A DNA stretch of 44,574 nt, taken from a bacterium. GTDB lineage: Bacteria; Patescibacteriota; Saccharimonadia; Saccharimonadales; UBA4665. Where the stretch lies: the NCBI GenBank assembly GCA_021846765.1, contig JAJZWH010000001.1, positions 1-44,574 on the forward strand, in the 5' to 3' direction. Of the stretch, positions 8,916-18,809 are shown piece by piece. The position numbers and the translations under genes are program-made. The notes under the pieces are model-generated. The model made no database searches and had not been told where the DNA came from. It worked only from the letters and a program-made list of their open reading frames with translations. Each line of letters opens with the position of its first letter. Position 1 is the first letter of the stretch.

Positions 8916-10419
8916 ATTCTACTGCCCTAGTTTCTCTTATAACATTAACCTTTATAGTTCCCGGATATTGCATAGAAGATTCAATTTTCGTCGCTATATC
9001 TCTAGCTAATTTAATAGCGCTTAAATCATCTATTTGCTGAGGTCGAACAAAAACCCTCACCTCTCGCCCAGCACTTATTGCATAAGACTTCTCTATGCCA
9101 TTAAAACCATTAGCAATATTTTCTAGTTCTTTCATTCTCTCGCCAAAGTTTTCGGCACTAATATTTCTAGCTCCAGGTCGGCTTGCACTAATTGCGTCAA
9201 CTACTCTAATAATCAAGGCTTCGACACTAGTTGCTTCAACATCATCATGATGTTGTTCAGCGGCTAAAGCAACCTCTTCGGGAGCTCCATATTTACGCAA
9301 CATTTCACCTGAGATATGGTGATGCTTACCTTCAATTTTATGAGTTAAGGCTTTACCTAAATCATGAACTAAAGCAGCATATTTAGCTGTTTTAACGTTA
9401 GCACCCACTTCTTCGGCTATCATACCAGCCAAATGGGCCATTTCAGTTGAGTGCTTTAAGACGTTTTGTCCGTAACTAGTACGATACTTAAGCTCTCCTA
9501 ACAAATGTAGGATCTCTTTAGGAATACCAATAATCCCAACTTCTCTAGCAGCATCTTCTCCGGCTCTAATAACGTCTTTTTCAACGTTTTTTTGAGCTTT
9601 TTCAACAACTTCTTCGATTCTTCCTGGATGAATTCGTCCATCTTTCATCAACATCTCCAGAGTTTGTCGAGCAACTTCCCTTCTAACAGGATCAAACGAA
9701 CTTAAAACTACATAACCTGGAGTGTCATCAACCATAATATCGACACCAGTAGCACGCTGTAAGGCCTGAATATTACGACCTTCTTTACCAATAATACGAC
9801 CTTTCATTTCTTCGTCTTCAAGCTTAATAGAAGTTATCGTACGTTCAGCCGTAACCTCACTGCTCATCCGTTCCATAGCAGTAGTAATAATTAGAGCTGC
9901 CTGCTCTTCGGCATTCTCTTTAGCTTCATTCTGTAATTTGGAGACTAATCCAGTTAAATCACCCCGAATATCCCGTTCGGTCATTTCCATGAGTTTTTCA
10001 GCTGCATCGGTTTTAGTAAGTTTAGCTATTTTTTCTAATTTATCTTGCTGCTTAATCCGTATATCTCTAATTTCATCTTTTAATTTTTCCACTTCTAGCT
10101 CGCCGGCCCTTAATCTTTCAGTCCTTTTGTCTAAATCATCAAGTTTCTTATCTAATGATTCTTCTCTAACAACTAATCGATTTTCCAATTCTTTCAATTC
10201 TTTACGACGTGTTTGTTCATCGCGTCTAGCTTCCTCGGCTAACTTAAGAGCATCCTCTTTAGCTTGAGCAACTAATTTATCGGCTTCTTTCTGTGCCTTC
10301 TGTTTTTCTTTTTCTACTTGAGCCTCTAAGTTTCCTTGACGTCTTTTGCTAACAACACTACTAGCACCAAAACCAACACCAAGACCTACCACAGTCAGTA
10401 CTATGGATAATATGACCAT
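8905..10419 (-). CDS. rny: Ribonuclease Y
   Basis: N-terminal TM helix, a long Glu/Lys coiled coil, a KH domain (GRIIGKEGRNIQAL) and an HD domain (LVHDLGKA). Confidence 0.9.
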   Translation of the reverse strand: MVILSIVLTVVGLGVGFGASSVVSKRRQGNLEAQVEKEKQKAQKEADKLVAQAKEDALKLAEEARRDEQTRRKELKELENRLVVREESLDKKLDDLDKRTERLRAGELEVEKLKDEIRDIRIKQQDKLEKIAKLTKTDAAEKLMEMTERDIRGDLTGLVSKLQNEAKENAEEQAALIITTAMERMSSEVTAERTITSIKLEDEEMKGRIIGKEGRNIQALQRATGVDIMVDDTPGYVVLSSFDPVRREVARQTLEMLMKDGRIHPGRIEEVVEKAQKNVEKDVIRAGEDAAREVGIIGIPKEILHLLGELKYRTSYGQNVLKHSTEMAHLAGMIAEEVGANVKTAKYAALVHDLGKALTHKIEGKHHHISGEMLRKYGAPEEVALAAEQHHDDVEATSVEALIIRVVDAISASRPGARNISAENFGERMKELENIANGFNGIEKSYAISAGREVRVFVRPQQIDDLSAIKLARDIATKIESSMQYPGTIKVNVIRETRAVEFAK

Positions 10420-10650
10420 ATGTTTCCTTTCTTATTTTGGTGCTTTTATAAAAACTAGCAATATTTTTACTTTTAATTAAACAGTCGCTATCACTTCTCT
10501 AGTTAACTTAAAATAGTAAACTACTAATTTTATAAGTACCAAATTTTAATCACAGTTATAAATCAAATGCTTGACTTGAGAATCGTCTCTCTAAAAGAAC
10601 AAGCTAATTAAACTATACCTTGGATTGCTTCAATTGGTCAATCTTAGATC

Positions 10651-11043
10651 TTACTTTCTAGGTTTAGTAATCCTAGCAGGAGAACCATAAAAAGGCGTAA
10701 CAATGTGTTCATCTCTTCCTTTTTTGAGTTGATCAATAATGGTAATTATCCAATCATCACCCCGAGAACCAATAATTGGAATGTTCAGCCCATAAGCCAT
10801 AGCATTGGCTACACTTAAACCAATCCTTAATCCAGTAAAACTGCCCGGTCCCGTAAAAACCCCTAAACCATCCAAATTAGTTAAATTCAAAGAAGCCTTA
10901 CTGAGTAATTGATCAATTTTTAAATTAATGGTTTCGGCTAAATGTCGATCGGCTTGCCAAGATAATTGATTTAATAATTGTTTATCTCTATATAAATAAA
11001 GTTCTGCTATTGGTTGACTAGTTTTTAAGATTAAGATAATCAT
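10651..11043 (-). CDS. tsaB: TsaB (YeaZ)-like t6A biosynthesis protein, short form (130 aa)
   Basis: Carries GPGSFTGLRIGLSVANAMA. Only the N-terminal half of a usual ~230-aa TsaB is present. The start overlaps tsaE by 4 nt. Confidence 0.7.
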   Translation of the reverse strand: MIILILKTSQPIAELYLYRDKQLLNQLSWQADRHLAETINLKIDQLLSKASLNLTNLDGLGVFTGPGSFTGLRIGLSVANAMAYGLNIPIIGSRGDDWIITIIDQLKKGRDEHIVTPFYGSPARITKPRK

Positions 11044-11495
11044 TTTAGTGGTTCGCCCTTTAATAAATAAGCAAATTCTGGAGGAGCGTCAATAGATATC
11101 TGTCGACTATCTAAACCGGTAACTTTAATGTTGATTACAACTCTGTCTTTAGGCAAAACATCTTGTACTATCCTCGACCACTCAATTATAACAACAGCCT
11201 TAGGATTAGCTATTTCTTCGGCTAACATATCCTTAATAATCCCCGGATCAGTCAAACGATAAAAGTCAAAATGAGCAATAGACCCGCCATTAAAAGAATA
11301 ATCGTTACGAATGGTAAAACTTGGACTAGAAACAAAATCTTGACTTCCAGCAGCTAAAACCATGCTTTTGACTAACGTAGTTTTGCCGCCACCGACGTCA
11401 CTGATTAATTCAATCGTTTCTCCGCCTCTTAAGTTGCGACCAATAACCGATGCTAATCGTTTCGTAGATTTTAAATCTGATGAATTAAATAACAT
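11040..11495 (-). CDS. tsaE: TsaE (YjeE) t6A ATPase
   Basis: Walker A GGGKTTLVK and the HFDFYRL motif. Confidence 0.8.
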   Translation of the reverse strand: MLFNSSDLKSTKRLASVIGRNLRGGETIELISDVGGGKTTLVKSMVLAAGSQDFVSSPSFTIRNDYSFNGGSIAHFDFYRLTDPGIIKDMLAEEIANPKAVVIIEWSRIVQDVLPKDRVVINIKVTGLDSRQISIDAPPEFAYLLKGEPLK

Positions 11496-11594
11496 TCTAT
11501 AAATAATCTCTCATACTTTTTATTATCTGTTATTTGCTAATAAAAAACTAGATTATCTAGAGGTTTTTCTCTGCTAAGATTATAATGATTATTA

Positions 11595-12110
11595 ATGCTT
11601 CAACTTAGCACTTCACTACTCAATAAGCCAGTATTGTCATTACGAACAGGACAACCTATTGCCCAAGTCTCATCAACCCTAATCAATCCCAATAATTTAA
11701 AAATAGAAGGTTTCTATTGCACCGATCGTTTTAATGCTAAATCAATGATTTTGCTCTATCAAGATATTCGAGAATTTATCGATAAAGGTTACGTTGTCAA
11801 TGACCATGATGCACTTAGCGAACCGCATGATTTAATACGCTTAGCAGATATTATTAAAATTAATTTTAAGCTAATTGGCAAGCCGGTAGTCACTATCTCG
11901 AAAGAAAAAGTTGGCAAAGTGTCAGATTATGCCGTAGAAACCCAAACAATGTATATTCAGAAAATTTACGTTTCCCAATCTCTACTTAAAAATTTTAGCG
12001 GGGGAAGCTTAAGTGTAGATCGCAACAATATTAATGAAATAACCGACAAAAAAGTTATCATTAATGACCTACTTAAAAACAGTCCAATAACAGCCCCAGC
12101 TACAGCTTAG
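11595..12110 (+). CDS. Probable PRC-barrel domain protein (two repeats)
   Basis: LLNKPVLSLRTGQPIAQVSS... and LIGKPVVTISKEKVGKVSDY... resemble PRC-barrel repeats. Assigned from memory only. Confidence 0.4.
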   Translation: MLQLSTSLLNKPVLSLRTGQPIAQVSSTLINPNNLKIEGFYCTDRFNAKSMILLYQDIREFIDKGYVVNDHDALSEPHDLIRLADIIKINFKLIGKPVVTISKEKVGKVSDYAVETQTMYIQKIYVSQSLLKNFSGGSLSVDRNNINEITDKKVIINDLLKNSPITAPATA

Positions 12111-12718
12111 TCTTGCTTAGGACGTCCTATCCTAGCAGCTATATCTTGATAACTAAAACCTTGTCTTAATAAATAACGAAATAATTTTGGTTGATTATTG
12201 ATGTAACTATAAGATTTAGCTTTTTTATGAATTAATAAATCTAGAGAGTCATGATCAGTTTGTTTTAATTTGGTTAATACTTGGTCAATAATATTTTCTG
12301 GTATTTTTTTTTGCCGAAGCTTTAGTTGGATGGCACTGCGAGACAAAGGTCGGCTAAGTTGAACATCATGAATATATGCTTCAGCTAATTTTTGTTCGTC
12401 TATTATCGACAACTCAATTAGTCGATCTACTATTTTAATCGACATTTGACCATCTGAACCATTGGCTCTCAGAAAATCGATTACCTCTTGTTTAGAACGT
12501 AATCGACGATCTGCATAGCTTATAGCCTTATTATATAAAGAGGTGAATTTAATTTGTTTAATAAGCACTTGATAGTCTTCTTCGCTAATAGTTTTATTGA
12601 TTGCCAGTCCTAGACTAGTAACTACAGTTGAATCTACGTAACCCAAAGCTTTATTATCAACCGACACTCTATAAAAACCTGGCTTATGAACCAAGCTCTG
12701 AATATCTGTTATTTTCAT
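12107..12718 (-). CDS. recX: RecX regulatory protein
   Basis: Lies immediately downstream of recA. Has the three-helical-repeat pattern and basic composition typical of RecX. Confidence 0.7.
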   Translation of the reverse strand: MKITDIQSLVHKPGFYRVSVDNKALGYVDSTVVTSLGLAINKTISEEDYQVLIKQIKFTSLYNKAISYADRRLRSKQEVIDFLRANGSDGQMSIKIVDRLIELSIIDEQKLAEAYIHDVQLSRPLSRSAIQLKLRQKKIPENIIDQVLTKLKQTDHDSLDLLIHKKAKSYSYINNQPKLFRYLLRQGFSYQDIAARIGRPKQD

Positions 12719-12740
12719 TACGCCGCCCTTGAATATCTGA

Positions 12741-13769
12741 TTAAACTAAATCTTGTTCAATAATAGCTTGAGCTATTTTGTCTTGTATTTGAGGATTAGC
12801 TTTAAGATAGGTTTTAGCCGCTTCTCGACCTTGAGCAATTTTTTCTCCATTGTAGGAGTACCAGGCTCCAGCTTTCTCAACTATACCTTTAGTTGCAGCT
12901 AAGTCGATTATATCTCCAGTTTTACTTATACCTTCGTTGTACATAATATCGAATTCTGATTCTTTAAAAGGTGGTGCTATTTTATTCTTGACTACCTTAA
13001 CTCGAGTACGATTACCAATTACTTCATCACCCTGTTTTATTTGTCCGATACGTCTAATATCCATTCTAACGCTTGAGTAAAACTTCAGGGCATTACCTCC
13101 CGTAGTAGTCTCCGGATTACCAAACATTACACCGATTTTCATTCTAATCTGATTAATAAAAATAACCGTTGCTTTAGACCTAGATATTACACCAGTCAGC
13201 TTACGTAGAGCTTGGCTCATTAATCGAGCCTGTAACCCCGGTAAACTTTCACCCATATCTCCCTCAATTTCGGCTCGAGGAACTAGTGCAGCAACCGAAT
13301 CAATAACAATAATATCTACGGCGTTAGAGCGGACAAGTGTTTCGGTAATTTCAAGTGCTTGTTCTCCATTATCTGGTTGACTTAACAACAAGTTTTCAAT
13401 ATCTACACCAATCCGTTTAGCATAACTAGGATCGAGAGCGTGCTCAGCATCAATAAATGCTGCTGTTCCTCCACGTTTTTGTACTTCTGCAATAGCATGT
13501 AGAGTCAAAGTCGTCTTACCTGAAGACTCTGGTCCATAGATTTCTACTACTCTACCTCTTGGAATTCCCCCACCTAAAGCTAAATCAAGCGATAAACAAC
13601 CCGTGGGGGTAAATTCTACATTTCCCGATACATGACTTTCGCCCATCTTCATAATAGCCCCTTTGCCAAATTGCTTCTCTATTTGGTCTAATGCCACCCC
13701 TAGCGCCTTAGCTTTACCTTCTGGTGGTACCTCTACTTGAGTTTTAGGTGCTGTTTTAGTTTTAGCCAT
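12741..13769 (-). CDS. recA: Recombinase RecA
   Basis: Canonical [19 protein letters not shown] and [20 protein letters not shown] motifs. Confidence 0.97.
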   Translation of the reverse strand: MAKTKTAPKTQVEVPPEGKAKALGVALDQIEKQFGKGAIMKMGESHVSGNVEFTPTGCLSLDLALGGGIPRGRVVEIYGPESSGKTTLTLHAIAEVQKRGGTAAFIDAEHALDPSYAKRIGVDIENLLLSQPDNGEQALEITETLVRSNAVDIIVIDSVAALVPRAEIEGDMGESLPGLQARLMSQALRKLTGVISRSKATVIFINQIRMKIGVMFGNPETTTGGNALKFYSSVRMDIRRIGQIKQGDEVIGNRTRVKVVKNKIAPPFKESEFDIMYNEGISKTGDIIDLAATKGIVEKAGAWYSYNGEKIAQGREAAKTYLKANPQIQDKIAQAIIEQDLV

Positions 13770-13990
13770 AATATTTTATTTCCTTTCCCTAGTTGTGCTC
13801 TAAAATCAATCTTTATATTACTATATGTCTACTAAGCAATAAGTAAAAATGCTATAGCTTAATATTTAAATAAATATTAATAAAACAGTATTCTTCTTGA
13901 TATCTTGTAGCCAACATTAATGCATTTTTATCTAGCAATTTGCTATAATTAGCATTAACAATATAAAAGCGGGCTAAGTTAAAGACTAAA

Positions 13991-15811
13991 ATGCGTATTT
14001 CAGACAAAATGGTGGATGACATATTAAAACAAAGTGGTAAGGTAACTGCTGAGCAATTATCTAATCTACATGACCAAGAAAAAAATGAAAAACGGCCTTT
14101 ACAAGATTTAGTCATCTCCAGCAATATTTTTAGTGAGAAAGATCTTACTAAATTATACGCAGAAAATGTTGAAGTACCGTTTATAGAGCTAAATCCTAAA
14201 GACATAAAGCGCGAACTGCTCCAACGGCTACCAGAAAGAATTGCTCGACAATACAACGCCATCCTATTCGACATTGATGAAGATGGCAACAAATATATCG
14301 CCATGTCCGACCCCGATGATATTCAAGCAGTAAATTTCCTGCAAAAACAGCTAGGCACAAATCTAAAAGTCTATATTGCCCCAGAAAGTCAAATTAGATC
14401 TGCACTAGATAACTATCGTTCAAATATAGCCGGTGAACTAACAAAGGTCATAAGTAATGATGAAATTGCCTATCAAGAAGAAGAAGATAACGAATCAATC
14501 AATGAAAATGATCTGGCTGAAGATTCACCGATAGCTCAAACGGTAAATCTAATTATAGAGTATGGCATTAAAGCTGAAGCTAGTGATATTCATATCGAAC
14601 CTAGAGAAAATTATGTTTTGGTTCGTTATAGAATTGACGGTATGTTAAGAGAAGCCAACAAATTACCTAAAAAAGCTCAAGCAGCCTTAGTTAGTCGTAT
14701 TAAAATTCTTTCTAATTTAAAAATCGATGAGCATAGAGCACCGCAGGACGGGCGGTTCAAAATAGAAATAGGTAATCAGCTTTATGCTCTAAGAGTTTCA
14801 ACCTTGCCTATTGTTGATGGCGAGAAAGTAGTAATGCGTATCTTAAATGAATCGGTTAAAGCCTCAACCCTAGAAGGATTAGGTTTTTGGGGAGAAGCGC
14901 TTAAAATACTTAATCAAGCAATTATCCAACCCTATGGAATGATTTTAGTAACCGGACCTACAGGATCGGGTAAATCAACTACTTTGTTTAGTGTACTGTC
15001 GATGTTAAATACACCCAATGTCAATATATCTACCGTTGAAGATCCAGTTGAATATCGAATCATTGGGGTCAACCAAACTCAAGTAAATCCAATTGCCGGA
15101 ATGACCTTCGCTAATGGGTTAAGATCCTTATTAAGACAAGATCCAAACATCATTATGGTTGGCGAAATAAGAGATACAGAAACTGCCGATTTGGCCGTTC
15201 AAGCTGCTTTAACCGGGCATTTAGTGTTTAGCACTCTTCACACTAGCGATGCTGCTACTTGCCTACCTCGATTACTAGAAATGGGCGTAGAGCCGTTCTT
15301 AATAGCTAGTACTGTCCGAGCAGTCATCGGACAAAGACTAGTTCGTCGTTTGTGTCCCTATTGTCGAGAACCATATATCCCAGATAATGGAATAGTCGGA
15401 CGTATTAAATCTACGTTTGAACTCAAAGACATTAATGACTTTAAAAAAATTCATGAATTAGAATTAGCCGCTCTTAAAGACGGTATTGGCATCGAAAATT
15501 CAACTAATGAAAAATTGTCCGTACATGAACTAAGCAGCAATGATAAGAACATTATAAGATTATGGAAAGCTCATGAAGATGGTTGCGAGAACTGTAATCA
15601 TAATGGTTATAAAGGACGTATAGGTATATATGAAGTAATGGATAGTAGCCCATCAATTCAGAAAAGCATCGTCAGCAATACTACCAGTGAAGAGCTGGAA
15701 AACTTAGCCGAAAAGAATGGGATGGTATCAATGAAAATCGATGGCTTTATAAAAGCTCTTCGCGGCCAAACTACTCTAGAAGAAGTTATGCGGGTTACAA
15801 GTGATAGATAA
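13991..15811 (+). CDS. pilB: Type IV pilus assembly ATPase PilB (GspE family)
   Basis: N-terminal T2SE_N-like domain, Walker A GPTGSGKST, and the tetracysteine motif CPYC...CENC. Confidence 0.9.
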   Translation: MRISDKMVDDILKQSGKVTAEQLSNLHDQEKNEKRPLQDLVISSNIFSEKDLTKLYAENVEVPFIELNPKDIKRELLQRLPERIARQYNAILFDIDEDGNKYIAMSDPDDIQAVNFLQKQLGTNLKVYIAPESQIRSALDNYRSNIAGELTKVISNDEIAYQEEEDNESINENDLAEDSPIAQTVNLIIEYGIKAEASDIHIEPRENYVLVRYRIDGMLREANKLPKKAQAALVSRIKILSNLKIDEHRAPQDGRFKIEIGNQLYALRVSTLPIVDGEKVVMRILNESVKASTLEGLGFWGEALKILNQAIIQPYGMILVTGPTGSGKSTTLFSVLSMLNTPNVNISTVEDPVEYRIIGVNQTQVNPIAGMTFANGLRSLLRQDPNIIMVGEIRDTETADLAVQAALTGHLVFSTLHTSDAATCLPRLLEMGVEPFLIASTVRAVIGQRLVRRLCPYCREPYIPDNGIVGRIKSTFELKDINDFKKIHELELAALKDGIGIENSTNEKLSVHELSSNDKNIIRLWKAHEDGCENCNHNGYKGRIGIYEVMDSSPSIQKSIVSNTTSEELENLAEKNGMVSMKIDGFIKALRGQTTLEEVMRVTSDR

Positions 15812-15825
15812 AGAATAATAAAAAT

Positions 15826-17061
15826 ATGCCAAATTTTGATTACACAGCTCACCAAAAAAACGGAGAAATACAAAAAGGTACGATTGAAGCTACTGATCGA
15901 GCAGCTGCACTATCTACCCTAAGATCAAAAAACTTACAGCCTATCATAATTAAAGAAGCTCAGAGTAGTCGTGGTTTAAATATGGAAATTAATCTTCCTG
16001 GGCTTAACAAAGTCAAAAGTAAGGATTTAGTTATTTTTACCCGCCAGTTATCTACATTAGTCGATGCCGGAGTGCCACTGCTTAGATCATTGACCTTACT
16101 TAAAGATCAAACTGAGTCGCTACCTCTCAAGCATGGACTAACTGAAATAGTTAGCGATATTCAAGCCGGATCTAACTTAAGCGATGCTTTGAGTAAACAT
16201 CCAGATATATTCTCCCCTATTTATGTCAACATGGTGCGCGCCGGAGAGGCAGGAGGTATATTAGATACTGTTCTTGACCGATTAGCCTATCAACAAGAAA
16301 AAGATTCCGCACTGAAAAGCAAAATACGTGGAGCAATGATGTATCCAACAGTTATCTTTGCAGTAACTATAGTAGCCTTTATCATACTGATGACTTTTAT
16401 AGTACCTAAAATTGGTGCAATTCTTACCTCTTTGAGTAACGGTAAAGCCTCTTTGCCGATTTACACAAAAATTCTACTGGACATCAGTAATGGCATGAAA
16501 AATCCAAAGATCATTATCCCGATAATAATCATTCTACCTTTAGCTATAATCATTTTTCGTCGCTACAAAAAAACGCCCAAAGGACGCTACAAATGGCACT
16601 CATTCTTACTCAAAGTACCAGTCGTTAAAGTATTGATTACCAAAACTGCAGTTGCTCGATTTGCCCGCATATTCGCTTCTTTAATGAGTGCTGGAGTTTC
16701 TATAGTTGAAGCCATTAACACTACCGCTGGAGCCATCGGTAATGCGGTCATAGAAAAAGAATTATTAGATAGTGCTAAGGCTGTAGAGGCTGGCGGGCAA
16801 CTGTCTAGCGAATTGGCCAAAAGTGAACATTTCCCACCAATTGTCGTTCAAATGTTAGCCGTTGGAGAAGAAACCGGCACAACCGATACAATAATTTTAA
16901 AAGTTGCTGATTTTTACGAGCAAGAAGTGGACACGGCTGTTGAGGCCCTATCTTCAGTCATTGAACCAATTACAATCATACTGCTTGGTGCGATGGTTGG
17001 AATTATCGTTATTAGTGTCTATGGACCAATAACTAAGGTTTCGACAAGTGTTTCCGGGTAA
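15826..17061 (+). CDS. pilC: Type IV pilus platform protein PilC (GspF family)
   Basis: Two GspF repeats and three TM segments. Directly follows pilB. Confidence 0.9.
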   Translation: MPNFDYTAHQKNGEIQKGTIEATDRAAALSTLRSKNLQPIIIKEAQSSRGLNMEINLPGLNKVKSKDLVIFTRQLSTLVDAGVPLLRSLTLLKDQTESLPLKHGLTEIVSDIQAGSNLSDALSKHPDIFSPIYVNMVRAGEAGGILDTVLDRLAYQQEKDSALKSKIRGAMMYPTVIFAVTIVAFIILMTFIVPKIGAILTSLSNGKASLPIYTKILLDISNGMKNPKIIIPIIIILPLAIIIFRRYKKTPKGRYKWHSFLLKVPVVKVLITKTAVARFARIFASLMSAGVSIVEAINTTAGAIGNAVIEKELLDSAKAVEAGGQLSSELAKSEHFPPIVVQMLAVGEETGTTDTIILKVADFYEQEVDTAVEALSSVIEPITIILLGAMVGIIVISVYGPITKVSTSVSG

Positions 17062-17074
17062 AAAAATAAAATTA

Positions 17075-17103
17075 TTGACATTACCTTAAGCATAAGAAAT
17101 AAT
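17075..17103 (+). promoter_or_regulatory. Sigma70-like promoter TTGACA-17 nt-AATAAT upstream of the major pilin
   Basis: Perfect -35 at 17075-17080 and -10 AATAAT at 17098-17103, about 90 nt upstream of the pilin ATG. The RBS is AAGGTGG. Confidence 0.5.
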
Positions 17104-17192
17104 GTCTATTATCAGATACTAATAAATAATCTGGATATTAAACAAAAAATATAAGAAAATAGGATTATAAAGAAAGGTGGGTAATAGTTACC

Positions 17193-17630
17193 ATGCATAA
17201 AAAATTAAATTCGAAAGGTTTTACCCTAATCGAATTGCTAATAGTAATTATAATAATCGGAATATTGGCAGCGATATCATTTGTGGCTTATAGTGGAGCA
17301 ACCAATAAAGCACATGAAGCAGCAGCACAATCTACACTTCACGAAGCTCAAAGTAAAATGGCTGAATACTATGCAGACAATAGTAGCTATCCGGCCACTA
17401 TTACAGATTTCGATAACTGGATAGCCAGCTCTCAGGGAGGCAATAATACCTCACTAAGCCAAACTTTCGTTGGTCCTAACTATACATATACGGTTACCCC
17501 CACGGGTTGTGGTGATACCGTAGCCAGCGGTGGAGCAATTACTACAGGATCAACTGCATGCACAGGCTATAGCTTAACTGCTTCTGGCAGCATGTGGGGC
17601 AGTTCTACGGGTCTAACAGTCACCAACTAG
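17193..17630 (+). CDS. pilA: Type IV pilin (probable major pilin)
   Basis: Class III signal KG|FTLIELLIVIIIIGILAAI with Glu at +5. Has its own promoter and terminator. Confidence 0.85.
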   Translation: MHKKLNSKGFTLIELLIVIIIIGILAAISFVAYSGATNKAHEAAAQSTLHEAQSKMAEYYADNSSYPATITDFDNWIASSQGGNNTSLSQTFVGPNYTYTVTPTGCGDTVASGGAITTGSTACTGYSLTASGSMWGSSTGLTVTN

Positions 17631-17666
17631 AACCACACGATAAACATTAAAGTACTAGTAAAAATA

Positions 17667-17703
17667 TAAAACCGTTTGGGCATCAGCTTAAGCGGTTTTA
17701 TAA
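17667..17703 (+). terminator. Intrinsic terminator-like hairpin after the major pilin
   Basis: TAAAACCGTTTGGGC-ATCA-GCTTAAGCGGTTTTA forms a ~15-bp stem including G-U pairs, followed by a T/A-rich run. Confidence 0.5.
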
Positions 17704-17719
17704 TGAATACTAATCGGCA

Positions 17720-18136
17720 ATGAAACAGAAAAGTAGACCACAATTTAATAACAAAGGTTTTACCTTAATCGAATTGTTAGTAACAGTTATGGTCTTAGGT
17801 ATTGTTATTGTGAGTTTGGCAGGAATGTACTATAGCACTCAAATAGCTGAAGTTAAAAGTCAGCATTACGATCTAGCAGTGAGGGCCGCACGAACCGAAA
17901 TAGAAGATCTGCGCAATACAGGATATGATTCATTAACACCTGGTAGCACTATTAACTTTAGCTCTAGCTTACCCCCAAGCCTACCTTCAGGCGCTAATGG
18001 TAGTGTTGCTGTGAGTGAACCAATGTCTGGCTTAAGAAGAGTCGATGTGACAGTTACTTACAGTGAATTTGGAAGTACTCAAACCATTACCTTAAGTTCG
18101 GATATCGGGATAATTGGTATAGGACAAGCCCAATAA
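17720..18136 (+). CDS. Prepilin-type minor pilin (PilV-like)
   Basis: N-terminal KG|FTLIELLVTVMVLGIV. Confidence 0.75.
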   Translation: MKQKSRPQFNNKGFTLIELLVTVMVLGIVIVSLAGMYYSTQIAEVKSQHYDLAVRAARTEIEDLRNTGYDSLTPGSTINFSSSLPPSLPSGANGSVAVSEPMSGLRRVDVTVTYSEFGSTQTITLSSDIGIIGIGQAQ

Positions 18137-18137
18137 A

Positions 18138-18809
18138 ATGAAAAATATCCTCAATCATAGACAGGACGGCTTTACTTTAGTCGAACTGCTATTAGTAATG
18201 ATTATTATGGGTATCGTTGGCTTAGCTTTAACTAATTTCATTTCTACCTGGCTACAAACTGCCGGGATTAGTCAAGCCAGAGCCAATTTACTAAATAGTG
18301 CCGAAATTGCTTTGGATGACGCTAACAACGACATTATGCTATCTGGTAATGTCGACCAAACAAACCGTTGGCCAGATCCTAATGGCCCAGGAGGATCACC
18401 CTATGGTTGGCAATCGAATAGCCAAACTTTAATCTTGGCTAAAGTAGCTACCGATAGTAGCGGTAATCCAATTTTTCTAGACAGTTCAGATTACATAACT
18501 CAAAAAGATGATGTTATCTATTTTCTAAACGGGACTAATCTTTACCGTCGAGTTTTGGCTTCTAATAGCACGAATGACTCAGCCGTTACTACCTGTCCAG
18601 CTTCAGACGCTACTTCTACTTGTCCTCCAGATACTCTTATAGCATCGGGAGTAACCAATTGGTTGGTGTCTTATTATAATGCCCAAAACCAAGTAGTTAC
18701 GCCCAGTAGCGCGCGTTCAATTCAACTATCAATAACTTTAAGCGAACCTTATGGTAGTCAAATTATCAGTGCTAGTTATACTACAAGGATGGTATTTAGA
18801 AATGTTTAA
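18138..18809 (+). CDS. Prepilin-type minor pilin (PilW-like)
   Basis: N-terminal DG|FTLVELLLVMIIMGIV. Confidence 0.75.
   Translation: MKNILNHRQDGFTLVELLLVMIIMGIVGLALTNFISTWLQTAGISQARANLLNSAEIALDDANNDIMLSGNVDQTNRWPDPNGPGGSPYGWQSNSQTLILAKVATDSSGNPIFLDSSDYITQKDDVIYFLNGTNLYRRVLASNSTNDSAVTTCPASDATSTCPPDTLIASGVTNWLVSYYNAQNQVVTPSSARSIQLSITLSEPYGSQIISASYTTRMVFRNV

Noticed and set aside
13852-14304. A 150-aa minus-strand ORF overlapping the pilB start region. The other antisense or shadow ORFs in the track belong here too: 910-1185, 4132-4356, 9938-10267, 15658-15873, 16587-16820, 19385-19579, 19785-19985, 21162-21413, 25089-25307, 25527-25772, 27838-28020, 28801-29145, 30066-30338, 30890-31123, 34118-34303, 43508-43732 and 44020-44214.
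   Set aside because: All lie inside or opposite well-supported genes. They have low-complexity or Ser/Leu-rich shadow-frame composition and no motifs.
18751-18801. The upstream start at 18751 given in the ORF track for the PilX-like gene.
   Set aside because: It would overlap the preceding pilin gene by 59 nt. The ATG at 18802 gives the typical ATGTTTAA stop/start overlap and a sensible basic N-terminus followed by a hydrophobic helix.
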